Positions 28,454-37,769 of a stretch of DNA of 64,000 nt are shown here, piece by piece (the stretch's first letter is position 1; every line of letters begins with the position of its first letter). The notes under the pieces were generated by a model. That model saw only the letters and a list, made by a program, of their open reading frames with translations. It had not been told where the DNA came from and did no database searches. The translations under genes were made by a program, and so were the position numbers. The stretch is from Candidatus Bathyarchaeia archaeon (GTDB taxonomy: Archaea > Thermoproteota > Bathyarchaeia > Bathyarchaeales > Bathycorpusculaceae), in NCBI GenBank assembly GCA_049512935.1, contig JBEKWR010000005.1:65394-129393 (forward strand), in the 5' to 3' direction.

Positions 28454-29552
28454 CCTCCTGGGCATCTATAGCCCTTCAGGCAAAGAAGAAGATGCAGCTA
28501 ACTTTTTAGCGGTTGAAATGAAGAAGATAGGGTTCGAGGTCGGTAAAGACGCAATTGGAAACGTGATCGGCGTCGTCGGCGAGGGTGAACCCGTCATCCT
28601 GCTTTGCGGACACATGGATACTGTGGCTGGGCATCTGCCGCTTCGGATTGAGGAGGGCAAAATCTACGCTCGGGGCGCCGTGGATGCGAAGGGTCCGCTT
28701 GCCGCGATGATTATGGCTGCCGTTTCTGCTTCGAGGGAACCTGGGTTTAAGGGTAAAATCTTGGTTGCAAGCGTGGTTGAGGAGGAAGCTACGAGCCGAG
28801 GGGTTAAGCACCTTATCACTCAGGGCATTAAGGCTGACTACGCTATTTTCGGTGAGCCCAGCGGCGTTGAAAACATAACCGTCGGGTACAAAGGGCAAAT
28901 CCAGTTGAAAATCGTTTGCGTGACCGAGACGGGGCATTCTTCTACGCCGTGGCTTTATGATAACGCGTTAGAGAAGGCGTTTGAGGTTTGGGAGCAAATC
29001 AAGCACGCTTCGTCTTACCCGTCGCTGGATCCTTCGGAGAGCCCTTTCAATGCGGTCACGGCCTGTTTGGTTCGGGTTGCAGGCGGCAGAGCGACATCCG
29101 TTGTCCCATTTGAGGCTGAAATGAACATTGATGTGCGGGTGCCGATTCAGTTTTCTACGGCTCAGGTTTTTGAGCAGATTGAGAAGATAATCGCGAAGTA
29201 CCAGGCTGCTAACCCGAAGGTCTCGGTGAAGGCGACGGTGATGGATACTGTGGAGCCGTTCGAGGTGAACAAGGCTTCGCCGCTTGTGCATGTTTTTTCC
29301 TCCTCCGTCAGAAAAGTGCTGAACAAGCCCGCGACGCTTCTGCGCAAGACGGGGACAGGCGACATGAACATACTGGGCAAAGCCATGAGCCTGCCCATCG
29401 TCACTTACGGACCAGGCAACAGCCGCCTCGACCACACTCTGGAAGAACACATCGAAATAAGCGAATACCTCACAGCCATCCAAGTCTACAAAGAAACCCT
29501 GCTGCGGCTATCGGAACTTTACAACAACAAGAACCCAAGCGACCAAGGCTGA
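28419..29552 (+). CDS. lysK: [LysW]-lysine/ornithine hydrolase (M20 family)
   Basis: GHMDTV, GAVDAKG, EEE, GEPS, KTGTGDMN, LDHT..E. Confidence 0.93.
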   Translation: MSEQEAVRFLTNLLGIYSPSGKEEDAANFLAVEMKKIGFEVGKDAIGNVIGVVGEGEPVILLCGHMDTVAGHLPLRIEEGKIYARGAVDAKGPLAAMIMAAVSASREPGFKGKILVASVVEEEATSRGVKHLITQGIKADYAIFGEPSGVENITVGYKGQIQLKIVCVTETGHSSTPWLYDNALEKAFEVWEQIKHASSYPSLDPSESPFNAVTACLVRVAGGRATSVVPFEAEMNIDVRVPIQFSTAQVFEQIEKIIAKYQAANPKVSVKATVMDTVEPFEVNKASPLVHVFSSSVRKVLNKPATLLRKTGTGDMNILGKAMSLPIVTYGPGNSRLDHTLEEHIEISEYLTAIQVYKETLLRLSELYNNKNPSDQG

Positions 29553-29730
29553 ACCGCTTTTTGTGGCGGTTTTTTGTCACAAATAGTAGACCTCCTCTCA
29601 GGGTCGGCTCTTTAAACCCATATTTGTGATGGTTTTTGGTCACAAATACTAGACCCCTCCCCGTCTTTGTGAACCCATATTTACATTGGAATTTTGATGT
29701 AAATACTAGACCCCCTCCCTCGGTAGGCGG
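29549..29730 (+). repeat. Right arm of the 71-bp inverted repeat (29549-29619) within an array of three roughly 60-bp palindrome-containing units
   Basis: TAGAC at 29587, 29650 and 29707. Each unit carries a 9-bp-arm/N10 palindrome. Confidence 0.9.
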
Positions 29731-30016
29731 GTTCCAGTCAGGGCTTGTTTTGGGTTGATTTATTGATTTAGAGCCCAAATCAAGTTCAAACTAACCTCAT
29801 TTTCCAAGACAGAAAAAAAGAGCGGCCTACCGAGCAGGTATAAACCCATTCATACCTGACCGCCAGATAACCCCGCCAAAAACTCTTCAGTTTGTTGCTT
29901 TCAGCGCCCAACCTCCATTTTGTAATCCTTCACTTTCACTTATCCCTCCACTGTGCGTCACTGCAGTTTCGCAGGTTGCTTTTTAACCGCCCTCCACGGA
30001 TAGGCGTGAGTCAAGG

Positions 30017-30244
30017 ATGATTCGCATGAAAAAGAAAACAGCAGTCTTAGCCGCGCAGGAGGACCTTGAGGTTGACTTGACGCTCCACAATGTCCCTGCT
30101 GTGCTCATCAGCGAATTTGCAGAAAAAATCGTGAGACCCTACTACAACGGCAACTTAAACGCTGCCATACAAGACTTGATTGGGAAGGCGTTGTCGGAGC
30201 AGGAATTCGTCCACTCGCACATAACCCACACGAGAAGCCCTTAG
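30017..30244 (+). CDS. Small hypothetical protein, possibly ribbon-helix-helix-like
   Basis: Strand-helix-helix pattern (VDLTLHNVP..EFAEKIV..LNAAIQDLI); upstream TTTTTAA. Confidence 0.55.
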   Translation: MIRMKKKTAVLAAQEDLEVDLTLHNVPAVLISEFAEKIVRPYYNGNLNAAIQDLIGKALSEQEFVHSHITHTRSP

Positions 30245-30645
30245 AATTGAACGCAAAGCGCTTTTTCGTGGGAAAAGACCCATTTTACATGACCTTAAAA
30301 GATTTGCAAAATTGAAAACTTTTCAACATTACTAATGTGTTGATATTAGATGGTTACCGCCCGATGACTGTCTAAACGATAACTTGGTTGCTGGTTAGCA
30401 GACTTGAATATTTAGAAAGTTCCTTACGATTTATCTTTGAGGAAGAAGTAAGCACTGGGCGCGAAAAGAAGAAAAAAGGTTTGCTGAGGCTCTGGAAACT
30501 TTAAGGAGAAGAGACACGCAAAGCTTGCTAAAGGCTATTGCCTCTCGTGAATTTAACCAGAGCCTACTCAGCCCTATTTTTCTTCTCCACTGCTTTTTAA
30601 GACTAAAAAAAAGGGAAAGATTGGGTTTGCTTGTTTTTTTCGGTT

Positions 30646-33423
30646 TTATGGCCTTCTTCTAAGCAAGAGCAAGCCGACTACGGCGATTGCGATGACTATT
30701 ACGATTATTGCGGCTGCGAACCCTATAGTTACCTCTGCTGCTGTTGCTGCGTTTGATGCGGGTGTAGCTGTTGGTGGTGGTGTTACTGCTTGTTGCATCA
30801 CGTTAAAGCTTGTTGTGTCAGATGACCCATAGTATCCGTTGTTGCCACAGAAGGTTGCTGTGACAGTGAAGTTGCCTGGGATGTCTGGAATCCACGCGAG
30901 GGTGTACATTCCGTTTGCATTGGTCATTGCTGTGCCTATGACTCTGGTGTTGCCGTTTGAGTCATGAACGCTTATGGTGACTGGAACTCCGGTGAAGTTG
31001 GCTGGTTCCGGCTGCTGCTGGTAAACATAGCCCATCCACTGAGCCATGCTCGCGTCAGAGCAGACTGGAACACCGTTCGGGAAGTCTGCTGCCTGTTCTG
31101 CTTGTGTTGTGCCTGCGGATATGTCCGTGACTGTGCCGCTGATCACTACTGATTGTCCATAGGTTAAGCCGCTGTTTGGTGCCGTAACTGTGGTTTTGCT
31201 TGGTCCTTGGCCTACAACGTAGATTGATGAGTCGTAGCCGTTGAACCATGTGTTGTACCCGTCTGCCGCAGCGTAACTGAACGTCTCAAATTCGCCAGTG
31301 TAGTCTGAAATTGACCAGATCAGTTTTCCAGTGGTAGCGTTGATTGCACTTGCAACTCCGCCTTTGAAGAGTGGTGATTCAGGGGTGTGCTCAGTAGTGA
31401 CTAAGTATACTACATCGCCGCCGATTGCTTGGATGAAGGTTGGATAGTGGGCGAAAGGAGTTTCAACTCCTGAGCCGGTGTTGTTGCCTTCGCCGCCGTT
31501 GCCGTAAGTCCATAGAATGTCGCCTGTCTTTGTGTCGTAGCAGTAGACGATTCCAGCGTAGGCGCTGCTGTACATCTTTCCGTAGGCAAATGCGTTTGAT
31601 AAGCTGCCAGATGCGGGGCTGCCATAGTAGTCAAGGTCTGCTTGAGGCACGGTTGGACCCCAAAGGTGCGCACCCGTGGTTAAGCTGTAGCCTACGTATT
31701 GCTGAGTTTCTCTCCAGTTTTCAACGAAAACCATGTTTACTGGGTCAATTCCAGCTTCCATGACGGTTATGTTTCCTGCTGGTGCGGTTTCAGTCTGGTG
31801 CCATTGTGGCGTCGTAGTTGTCGATTTTGAGGTCAATCCTGCCGTGCTGATTGCGACGTACTGGTACGGTGCAGTGCTTTGTCCACCTGCGAACAGGAAT
31901 TGTCCTGATGATGGTAGAGAACCGGTGTAGCAGAGTAGCAGGTCATTGTAGATGGCTCCGACTACGGTGGGTGAACCTGCTGCAGTGTTTAGGTACGGCA
32001 CTGAGACGTTGAAGTCATACATGCTAGGAATGTACGTTGGGGCGGGTCCGAACATGCTATTTTCCATCACGGTGCCGCCTGCCCAATTTGCTGCAATACC
32101 ACCTTGAGTGCTTATAAATGGAACGACTGGTGGCACTGTAGACGGACCAGAATAGTCGTCGCCCCACAGCCTAGACGAATTCCATTCTTGCAGATAGTAT
32201 TGATTAGGTCCTAATTGAGTGTATATCGGACCAAAAGGACCGTACCCCGTTATTTCGGTTGGTGCGAGGTTTACGAGTGATAGTATTAGCATTTCACCGC
32301 TTGGGCCGAGTATGGTTGTGCCTGATGGAACGTCGGTTTCGCTGAACAAGAAAGCTCCAGTGAATGCGTCGTAAGCTTGTGCGAAGCCGCTTGTGAACAG
32401 GATTGGCGGGTAAACTCCGTGGTCGTTAGGGTCTTGAACATCGTAGACGTAGGCGAAACTTATTTGGACTTGAGGACCTACCCAAACTGTGGCGCCTGTC
32501 TGCAGGTTAACGCAAGTGAGGTTTCCAGTGGATCCATCGGCAAAAGAGAGTGGTGGATTGTAGTAAAGCATTCCGTCGACTATTATCGGGTTCTCGAATC
32601 TTTGGCAGTAGGCAGAACCCTCGAAGTACGAGTCTCCAGCAATTGAAGTTTGGTTTCCTCCGACTATTCCGCCTGGGCCAATTTGTTTGGTCCACATTAT
32701 GTGGCTCGTCATGGAACCTACAACGTCATTTGCTCCGGCTAATGTTTCACCGTTGCCTCCAGCGTTGTATGTGCCTGCGAAGCCTGTGTATCCAGGTGCG
32801 CCGTCACCGAGCCAGTTTGATGCTACGGTGTACCAGGCGCTGTTCTCGCCGTAAATTGGCCGTGTCCAGTAAGCTGTTGGAAGCGGAGTTTGTGGGAGTG
32901 CGGGTATTGTGGCTGATTGGACAGTGAGGCTGCATGATGCTGTGCTGGGTTCATAGTAAGTGCCGTCGTATGCATTAACTGTACCACCGAATAGGCCTGG
33001 GTAACCCGTCCATGTGAATGTTAGTCCTGGAAAACTGAAGGTCAACATGTAATTGCCTGTTGTGGAGGGCGTGAAGGCGTAGTCCTGTGCTGATGTTGGG
33101 TCTTCGACGGTTGCGAATGTTTGTGAGGTGTTTGTGCCGTCTGGTTCTGTTATTGTGAGTTTGTAGTTGGAGAATCGGATTGGGTTTCCTGGTTCTGCGC
33201 CTGGCAGTACGATGTTTAGCCACATGATAACTTCTACTGATTGACCGTGACCGACTGGGTTAGTTGAAACAGCTATGTAAGCGTAAGTTGGTACATTTGG
33301 TCCTGTTGCTGCCTTAGCGTTCGGAATAAGTAACAATGAAGCTGACATTGAAAGTATTAAGAATGTTGCGATCGCAATAGCTCCGATTTTGTTTTTAGAA
33401 ATTCCAAATAGTTTATTTACCAT
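30646..33423 (-). CDS. Large secreted, membrane-anchored PQQ-like beta-propeller protein (paralog A)
   Basis: Signal peptide, PLPT.YWTRPI, TG..LW repeats, YD..IY.VGQGPS.TTV, C-terminal TM plus RRRP. Confidence 0.85.
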   Translation of the reverse strand: MVNKLFGISKNKIGAIAIATFLILSMSASLLLIPNAKAATGPNVPTYAYIAVSTNPVGHGQSVEVIMWLNIVLPGAEPGNPIRFSNYKLTITEPDGTNTSQTFATVEDPTSAQDYAFTPSTTGNYMLTFSFPGLTFTWTGYPGLFGGTVNAYDGTYYEPSTASCSLTVQSATIPALPQTPLPTAYWTRPIYGENSAWYTVASNWLGDGAPGYTGFAGTYNAGGNGETLAGANDVVGSMTSHIMWTKQIGPGGIVGGNQTSIAGDSYFEGSAYCQRFENPIIVDGMLYYNPPLSFADGSTGNLTCVNLQTGATVWVGPQVQISFAYVYDVQDPNDHGVYPPILFTSGFAQAYDAFTGAFLFSETDVPSGTTILGPSGEMLILSLVNLAPTEITGYGPFGPIYTQLGPNQYYLQEWNSSRLWGDDYSGPSTVPPVVPFISTQGGIAANWAGGTVMENSMFGPAPTYIPSMYDFNVSVPYLNTAAGSPTVVGAIYNDLLLCYTGSLPSSGQFLFAGGQSTAPYQYVAISTAGLTSKSTTTTPQWHQTETAPAGNITVMEAGIDPVNMVFVENWRETQQYVGYSLTTGAHLWGPTVPQADLDYYGSPASGSLSNAFAYGKMYSSAYAGIVYCYDTKTGDILWTYGNGGEGNNTGSGVETPFAHYPTFIQAIGGDVVYLVTTEHTPESPLFKGGVASAINATTGKLIWSISDYTGEFETFSYAAADGYNTWFNGYDSSIYVVGQGPSKTTVTAPNSGLTYGQSVVISGTVTDISAGTTQAEQAADFPNGVPVCSDASMAQWMGYVYQQQPEPANFTGVPVTISVHDSNGNTRVIGTAMTNANGMYTLAWIPDIPGNFTVTATFCGNNGYYGSSDTTSFNVMQQAVTPPPTATPASNAATAAEVTIGFAAAIIVIVIAIAVVGLLLLRRRP

Positions 33424-33662
33424 TTGCTTTTTTCTCCTTTTTCGGTGATTAGCTCTCTTTTTGTTTTTGTATTTAAAACTTCTTAAGATTGGTAAAAATG
33501 CTGAATAAAATCGCAGTTTTTAATAAAAAAAGGCAATAATATAAGATTAAAATTCAGAAATGAGACATTAACCAGAGCCTTCTCAGCCCAAACCTTTTGA
33601 TCATTGATTTTAAAAAGTAAAAAAAAGAAAAGAGGATTATGTTTATGCGTTGTTTTGGCTTA

Positions 33663-36446
33663 CTAGCGTTTTCTTGAGACGAGGACTGCGAGTACTGCGC
33701 CGATTACGATTATGACGATGATGATTGCGACGCCTATGTATTCGAGCGTGCTTTGTGTGGCGAGTCCGCTAGGTGGTGAGGCTGTTGGTGCTGGAGTTGC
33801 TGCTGTTGGCCCGGCGTAGAATGCGGTTTCGGCTGAAGACCCGTAGTATCCGTGGTTGCCTGCGAAGGTTGCGAAGACTGTGAAGTTGCCTGCGATGTCT
33901 GGTGTCCATGTGAGGTGGTATGTGCCGCTCTCGTCTGTGTATGCAGTGCCGATGACGTAGTGGTTACCGTTGGAGTCTAAGACAGCTATCTGAACTGGAA
34001 CGCCTGTGAAAGTGGTTGGTTCAGCTTGCTGCTGGTAAACGTAGCCCATCCATGCTGTCATGCTCGCATCAGAGCAGACTGGAACACCGTTCGGGAAGTC
34101 AGCTTTTTGTTCGAATTGTGTTGTGCCTGTGGAAACGTCTGTTACCGTGCCTGTTATCACTACTGGTGTGGCAGTTGTCACGCCTGAACCTGGTGCCGAA
34201 ACTGTTGTAGCGCTTGGTCCTTGGCCCACACAGTAGATTTGGTTGTCGTAGCCGTTGAACCATACTGCGTAGCCGTCTGCCATGGCGTAGCTGCTAGTCG
34301 TGAATTCGCCTGTGAAATCCGAAAGTTGCCAGAGTAGTGCTCCAGTTGTTGCATTGATTGCAGATGCTACTGCGCCTTTGAAAATGGGTGTTTCCTGAGT
34401 GTGTTCAGTTGTGACCAAGTATATTACTCCGGAGCCAACGGCATTTACGAAGGTTGGATAGTGGCCGAATGGAGTTTCAACACCAGAGTTTGTGCTGTTG
34501 CTTGATCCTGTTGGACCGTTGCCGTAGGTAAAGACAATGTTTCCTGTCAAATCGTTGTAGCAGTAGACTATTCCTCCGTATTCGCTGCTGTAGATATTGC
34601 CGTATGCGATAGTATCGCTTATACTGCCTGACGCGTCTGAGCCATAGTAGTCAAGTGACACTTGTTCCGGGGTTGGACCCCAAATTTCCTTGCCTGTAGT
34701 CAAACTGTATCCGACGAACTGCATAGTTTCCCTCCAGTTTTCAACGAAGACATGGTTGATTGGGTCGATTCCAGCCCATAGGACAGTGATGTTGCCTGCT
34801 GGCGGTTGAACCGTGTTGGACCATAACTCCTGACCCAGATTTACGCTACCAGTTGCAGTTGTTGCAGGAGTTGTTGCACCCACAACGAGTCCAGTTGTGT
34901 TGAGGCCGATGCAATAATATGTGTAGGGAAGCCAGCTTTGTCCACCAAAGAAGCTGTTTTCGCCAGTTGATGGATAAGCGCCAGCGCGTACGAGCAGTAC
35001 ACCATTTTGGACGGCTGCGAGAGCACTATAGGATGTTATGAGAGCCCCGTTGAGCGTTTGAGTGTTGAGCCACGGTACTGAAACGTTAAAGTCGTTTGTT
35101 ACAACTTGGTTAATTCCGTTTACCAAGACTGTGGTGGTTGCACTAGTTACCGGCGGAGGAATTGTTGGCGTTGTTGATGGACCAGAGTAATCATTTTCCC
35201 AAAGCCTAGATGAATTCCATTCTAACATATACCAATTTGGAGCCGCATTTGTTCCATAGTTATGCAGGTAAACTACCAGATATTCGCCGTTTGGACCCAT
35301 CATTGTTGTGCCCGAGGGAACGCTTGTTACGTTAAAGAGTGCGTCTCCTGTGAAAGCATCATAAACTTGCCAGCTACTCGATACTAGCATTGGTGGCCAA
35401 ACTCCGTGTTGGTTGGGGTCTTCAGGATCGTATACGTAGGCGAAGTTTATTGCAGGTACGGGGTTGTTAGGGGTGCCAGTTGCGGTGCCAATCCATTGTA
35501 TCTTTCCAGTTTGCAGGTTAAGGCAGACGGTTGGTCCGTTTGAGGGCAAAGTTTGACTGAGTGGTTCTCTGAAGATGAGCAGTCCGTCCACAATTATCGG
35601 GTTAGTGAATTTTTGATCGTATGCGGATCCATCGGCGTAAGTGTTTGCCTGTATTGAAGCGGTGGTTTGTCCGACTTCTCCGCCACTGCATAGAGGTGAA
35701 GTCCACATAACGTGAGAAGTCAGTGGTCCTACGTTGGTTGTTGAGCCGTCTGGGTTTGTGCCGAACTCTTCACCGTTGCCGCCTAAGTTAGTTCCGCCGC
35801 CAAGCGCTATATAGCCAGGTGAACCGAAACCTAGCCAGTTCGAACCGACCGTGTACCACGCGGTATTTTCACCGTATATGGGTCGCGTCCAGTACGAGGT
35901 TGGAAGCGGAGTTTGCGGAAGTGGGAGTACTTGCGTTTGCTGAACAGTGAGGTTCGTTGATATAGACGCTGCTAGATAAGTATTGCCAACTATGGAGGAT
36001 GAAATACCGTCGTTAGCGGTAGTTAGTTGTGTTTGCGGGAAATTGAAGGTGAGCATGTAGTTGCCGACCGCTGGAGGAGTGTAGTAATAGTCATAGGTAG
36101 ATGTTGGGCTTGAGATAGTGGTAAAAGTAGTGGATGTATTTGTACCGCTTGGCGAAGTAATGGTGAGTACCCAGTTTGAGAATCGATAATTATTGGTTAA
36201 TTCTGCAATGTTGCCGCCGTCTACCCCGAAAACTGTCTGAACCCACATGATAACTTCGACTTGTTGGCCGACGCCTGCAGGGTTAGGTGATGCATTGATG
36301 TAGGCGTATATTGGAATATTATAAGGAGCGGCTGCGTGCGCGTTTGGTATTAGCATCATTGAAGCTGTCATTGAAAATGCAAAGAGTAAAGTGATCGCAA
36401 TAGCTAATACTTTGTTTTTATGGATATCTCTTAGTTTAAAAGACAT
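33663..36446 (-). CDS. Large secreted, membrane-anchored PQQ-like beta-propeller protein (paralog B)
   Basis: Collinear with paralog A, sharing DFPNGVPVCSDASM, VFVENWRET and SGVETPF; TM plus RKR. Confidence 0.85.
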   Translation of the reverse strand: MSFKLRDIHKNKVLAIAITLLFAFSMTASMMLIPNAHAAAPYNIPIYAYINASPNPAGVGQQVEVIMWVQTVFGVDGGNIAELTNNYRFSNWVLTITSPSGTNTSTTFTTISSPTSTYDYYYTPPAVGNYMLTFNFPQTQLTTANDGISSSIVGNTYLAASISTNLTVQQTQVLPLPQTPLPTSYWTRPIYGENTAWYTVGSNWLGFGSPGYIALGGGTNLGGNGEEFGTNPDGSTTNVGPLTSHVMWTSPLCSGGEVGQTTASIQANTYADGSAYDQKFTNPIIVDGLLIFREPLSQTLPSNGPTVCLNLQTGKIQWIGTATGTPNNPVPAINFAYVYDPEDPNQHGVWPPMLVSSSWQVYDAFTGDALFNVTSVPSGTTMMGPNGEYLVVYLHNYGTNAAPNWYMLEWNSSRLWENDYSGPSTTPTIPPPVTSATTTVLVNGINQVVTNDFNVSVPWLNTQTLNGALITSYSALAAVQNGVLLVRAGAYPSTGENSFFGGQSWLPYTYYCIGLNTTGLVVGATTPATTATGSVNLGQELWSNTVQPPAGNITVLWAGIDPINHVFVENWRETMQFVGYSLTTGKEIWGPTPEQVSLDYYGSDASGSISDTIAYGNIYSSEYGGIVYCYNDLTGNIVFTYGNGPTGSSNSTNSGVETPFGHYPTFVNAVGSGVIYLVTTEHTQETPIFKGAVASAINATTGALLWQLSDFTGEFTTSSYAMADGYAVWFNGYDNQIYCVGQGPSATTVSAPGSGVTTATPVVITGTVTDVSTGTTQFEQKADFPNGVPVCSDASMTAWMGYVYQQQAEPTTFTGVPVQIAVLDSNGNHYVIGTAYTDESGTYHLTWTPDIAGNFTVFATFAGNHGYYGSSAETAFYAGPTAATPAPTASPPSGLATQSTLEYIGVAIIIVIIVIGAVLAVLVSRKR

Positions 36447-36679
36447 TTGTTCGTTTTTCTCCTTTTATTTGTAACCTACAGTTTACTAAAGTTAATTATT
36501 TAAGAGTTTAGGGAGCGCCCAATAAAATAGCCATTGTTCAGCAATAAAGGCAACATTATAAGTTTCAATTTTCAGAAAAAAATCTAAATAGTGATAAATT
36601 CCAATAGAAACACAAGTTATTTGAAGATGAATTTAAATATTATTGAGTGCGCCATTAACGTCAGCGAGGGACAGCAGCC

Positions 36680-37666
36680 TTAAACGAGCAAATTAGCCAA
36701 GTTCAATCAAAAATTCTCAAAGAATTATTAGCAGATGGTCGCAAAACTGAAAACGAAATTGCCAAAACAATAGGCGAAACAAAAGAAAATGTGAAGAAAA
36801 ATATTCGCGAAATGGAAGAAATGGGAGTAATTACTGGCGCGACAATTCACATTAATTATAAGAGTTTTGGTTACAAGGTAGTAGCGCACATATTGCTAAA
36901 TGTCGATTCTCAGCAAGAAGCTGAACTTATTGAGTACTTGCAGAAAATGCCCGAGCTTTATGCCTTCTATAGCAGGGAAGTCAAGGGGAACTTGGATGTT
37001 ATTATGATCCTTAAAACGCTTGGACATTTAAACGACATCAAAGATGCAATCAAGAGACGTTTTTCGATCTTGGAGATGAAGACTGCAATCTGGACAGATG
37101 TAAAAGAAATGAACCATAACTTGTCAATAGCCACAGATAACACGAAAAAGGAAGAGGAGACAACCAGTTGTCAAGTAGATACTCGAAGAAGTAATCCTCA
37201 AACGATGGTTGTAAATCAAATTGACCAAAAAATAGCGGATAAGCTCTCCGAGAATGGACGGGTTTCTATGGAGACGCTCGGTAGAGAAATAGGAATCTCA
37301 TCTGACGCCGCTAAAAGAAGATACGAAAAACTAAAGAAAAATGGAGTATTAAAAGTCACAATCCAATTTAACCCTGGCAAAATTGGATACAGAGCCATGT
37401 GCATTTTCTTTGCCGCGACCTCGCATGAAAACTTGTTCGTAATCATTGAAAAAATCAGCAAAATACCTGACGTCATAAGCATTATGAAAACAACAGGGGA
37501 CTACGACCTGCAAATATGGTTGATGGTAAGGGATATAGGTCAATTGCTTTGCGTTCAAGAAGAACTTGGAAAGACGCCCGGCATAATAAGAATGGATAAG
37601 GAGATATGGCGATTAGATAACTGGGAGAAATGGCCGAGTCCTCGCCAATGCATATCAACGTTCTAA
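36680..37666 (+). CDS. Tandem (double) Lrp/AsnC regulator whose N-terminal HTH lacks a canonical start codon
   Basis: The frame is open from 36659. SKILKELLADGRK aligns with SKILKILLKDGR in the neighbour. Two HTH+RAM units; C-terminus WPSPRQCISTF. Confidence 0.75.
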   Translation, partial: LNEQISQVQSKILKELLADGRKTENEIAKTIGETKENVKKNIREMEEMGVITGATIHINYKSFGYKVVAHILLNVDSQQEAELIEYLQKMPELYAFYSREVKGNLDVIMILKTLGHLNDIKDAIKRRFSILEMKTAIWTDVKEMNHNLSIATDNTKKEEETTSCQVDTRRSNPQTMVVNQIDQKIADKLSENGRVSMETLGREIGISSDAAKRRYEKLKKNGVLKVTIQFNPGKIGYRAMCIFFAATSHENLFVIIEKISKIPDVISIMKTTGDYDLQIWLMVRDIGQLLCVQEELGKTPGIIRMDKEIWRLDNWEKWPSPRQCISTF

Positions 37667-37769
37667 GAGTTAACCTTAGTCAGTCGTCGAATTCGCCAAA
37701 ATAGTTAAGTAATTGGCGATTTTATCTTAATTCTTGAAAACTCGAACAACCTAAGCGACAGAAAAGAAC

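Noticed and set aside
29549-29730. Possible CRISPR array
   Set aside because: Only three degenerate units, no unique spacers between identical repeats, and no cas genes.
22261-29740. ORB-like TTTCTGGAAAC (22261) and GTTCCAGT (29731) as a replication origin
   Set aside because: Only partial matches, no G-string ORB repeats and no cdc6/orc1 in the window.
29470-29778. Minus-strand ORF with in-frame GL(V/L)F..K...KYGF peptide repeats
   Set aside because: It derives from the DNA repeat and overlaps lysK antisense. The left copy of the element has an indel and a stop in this frame.
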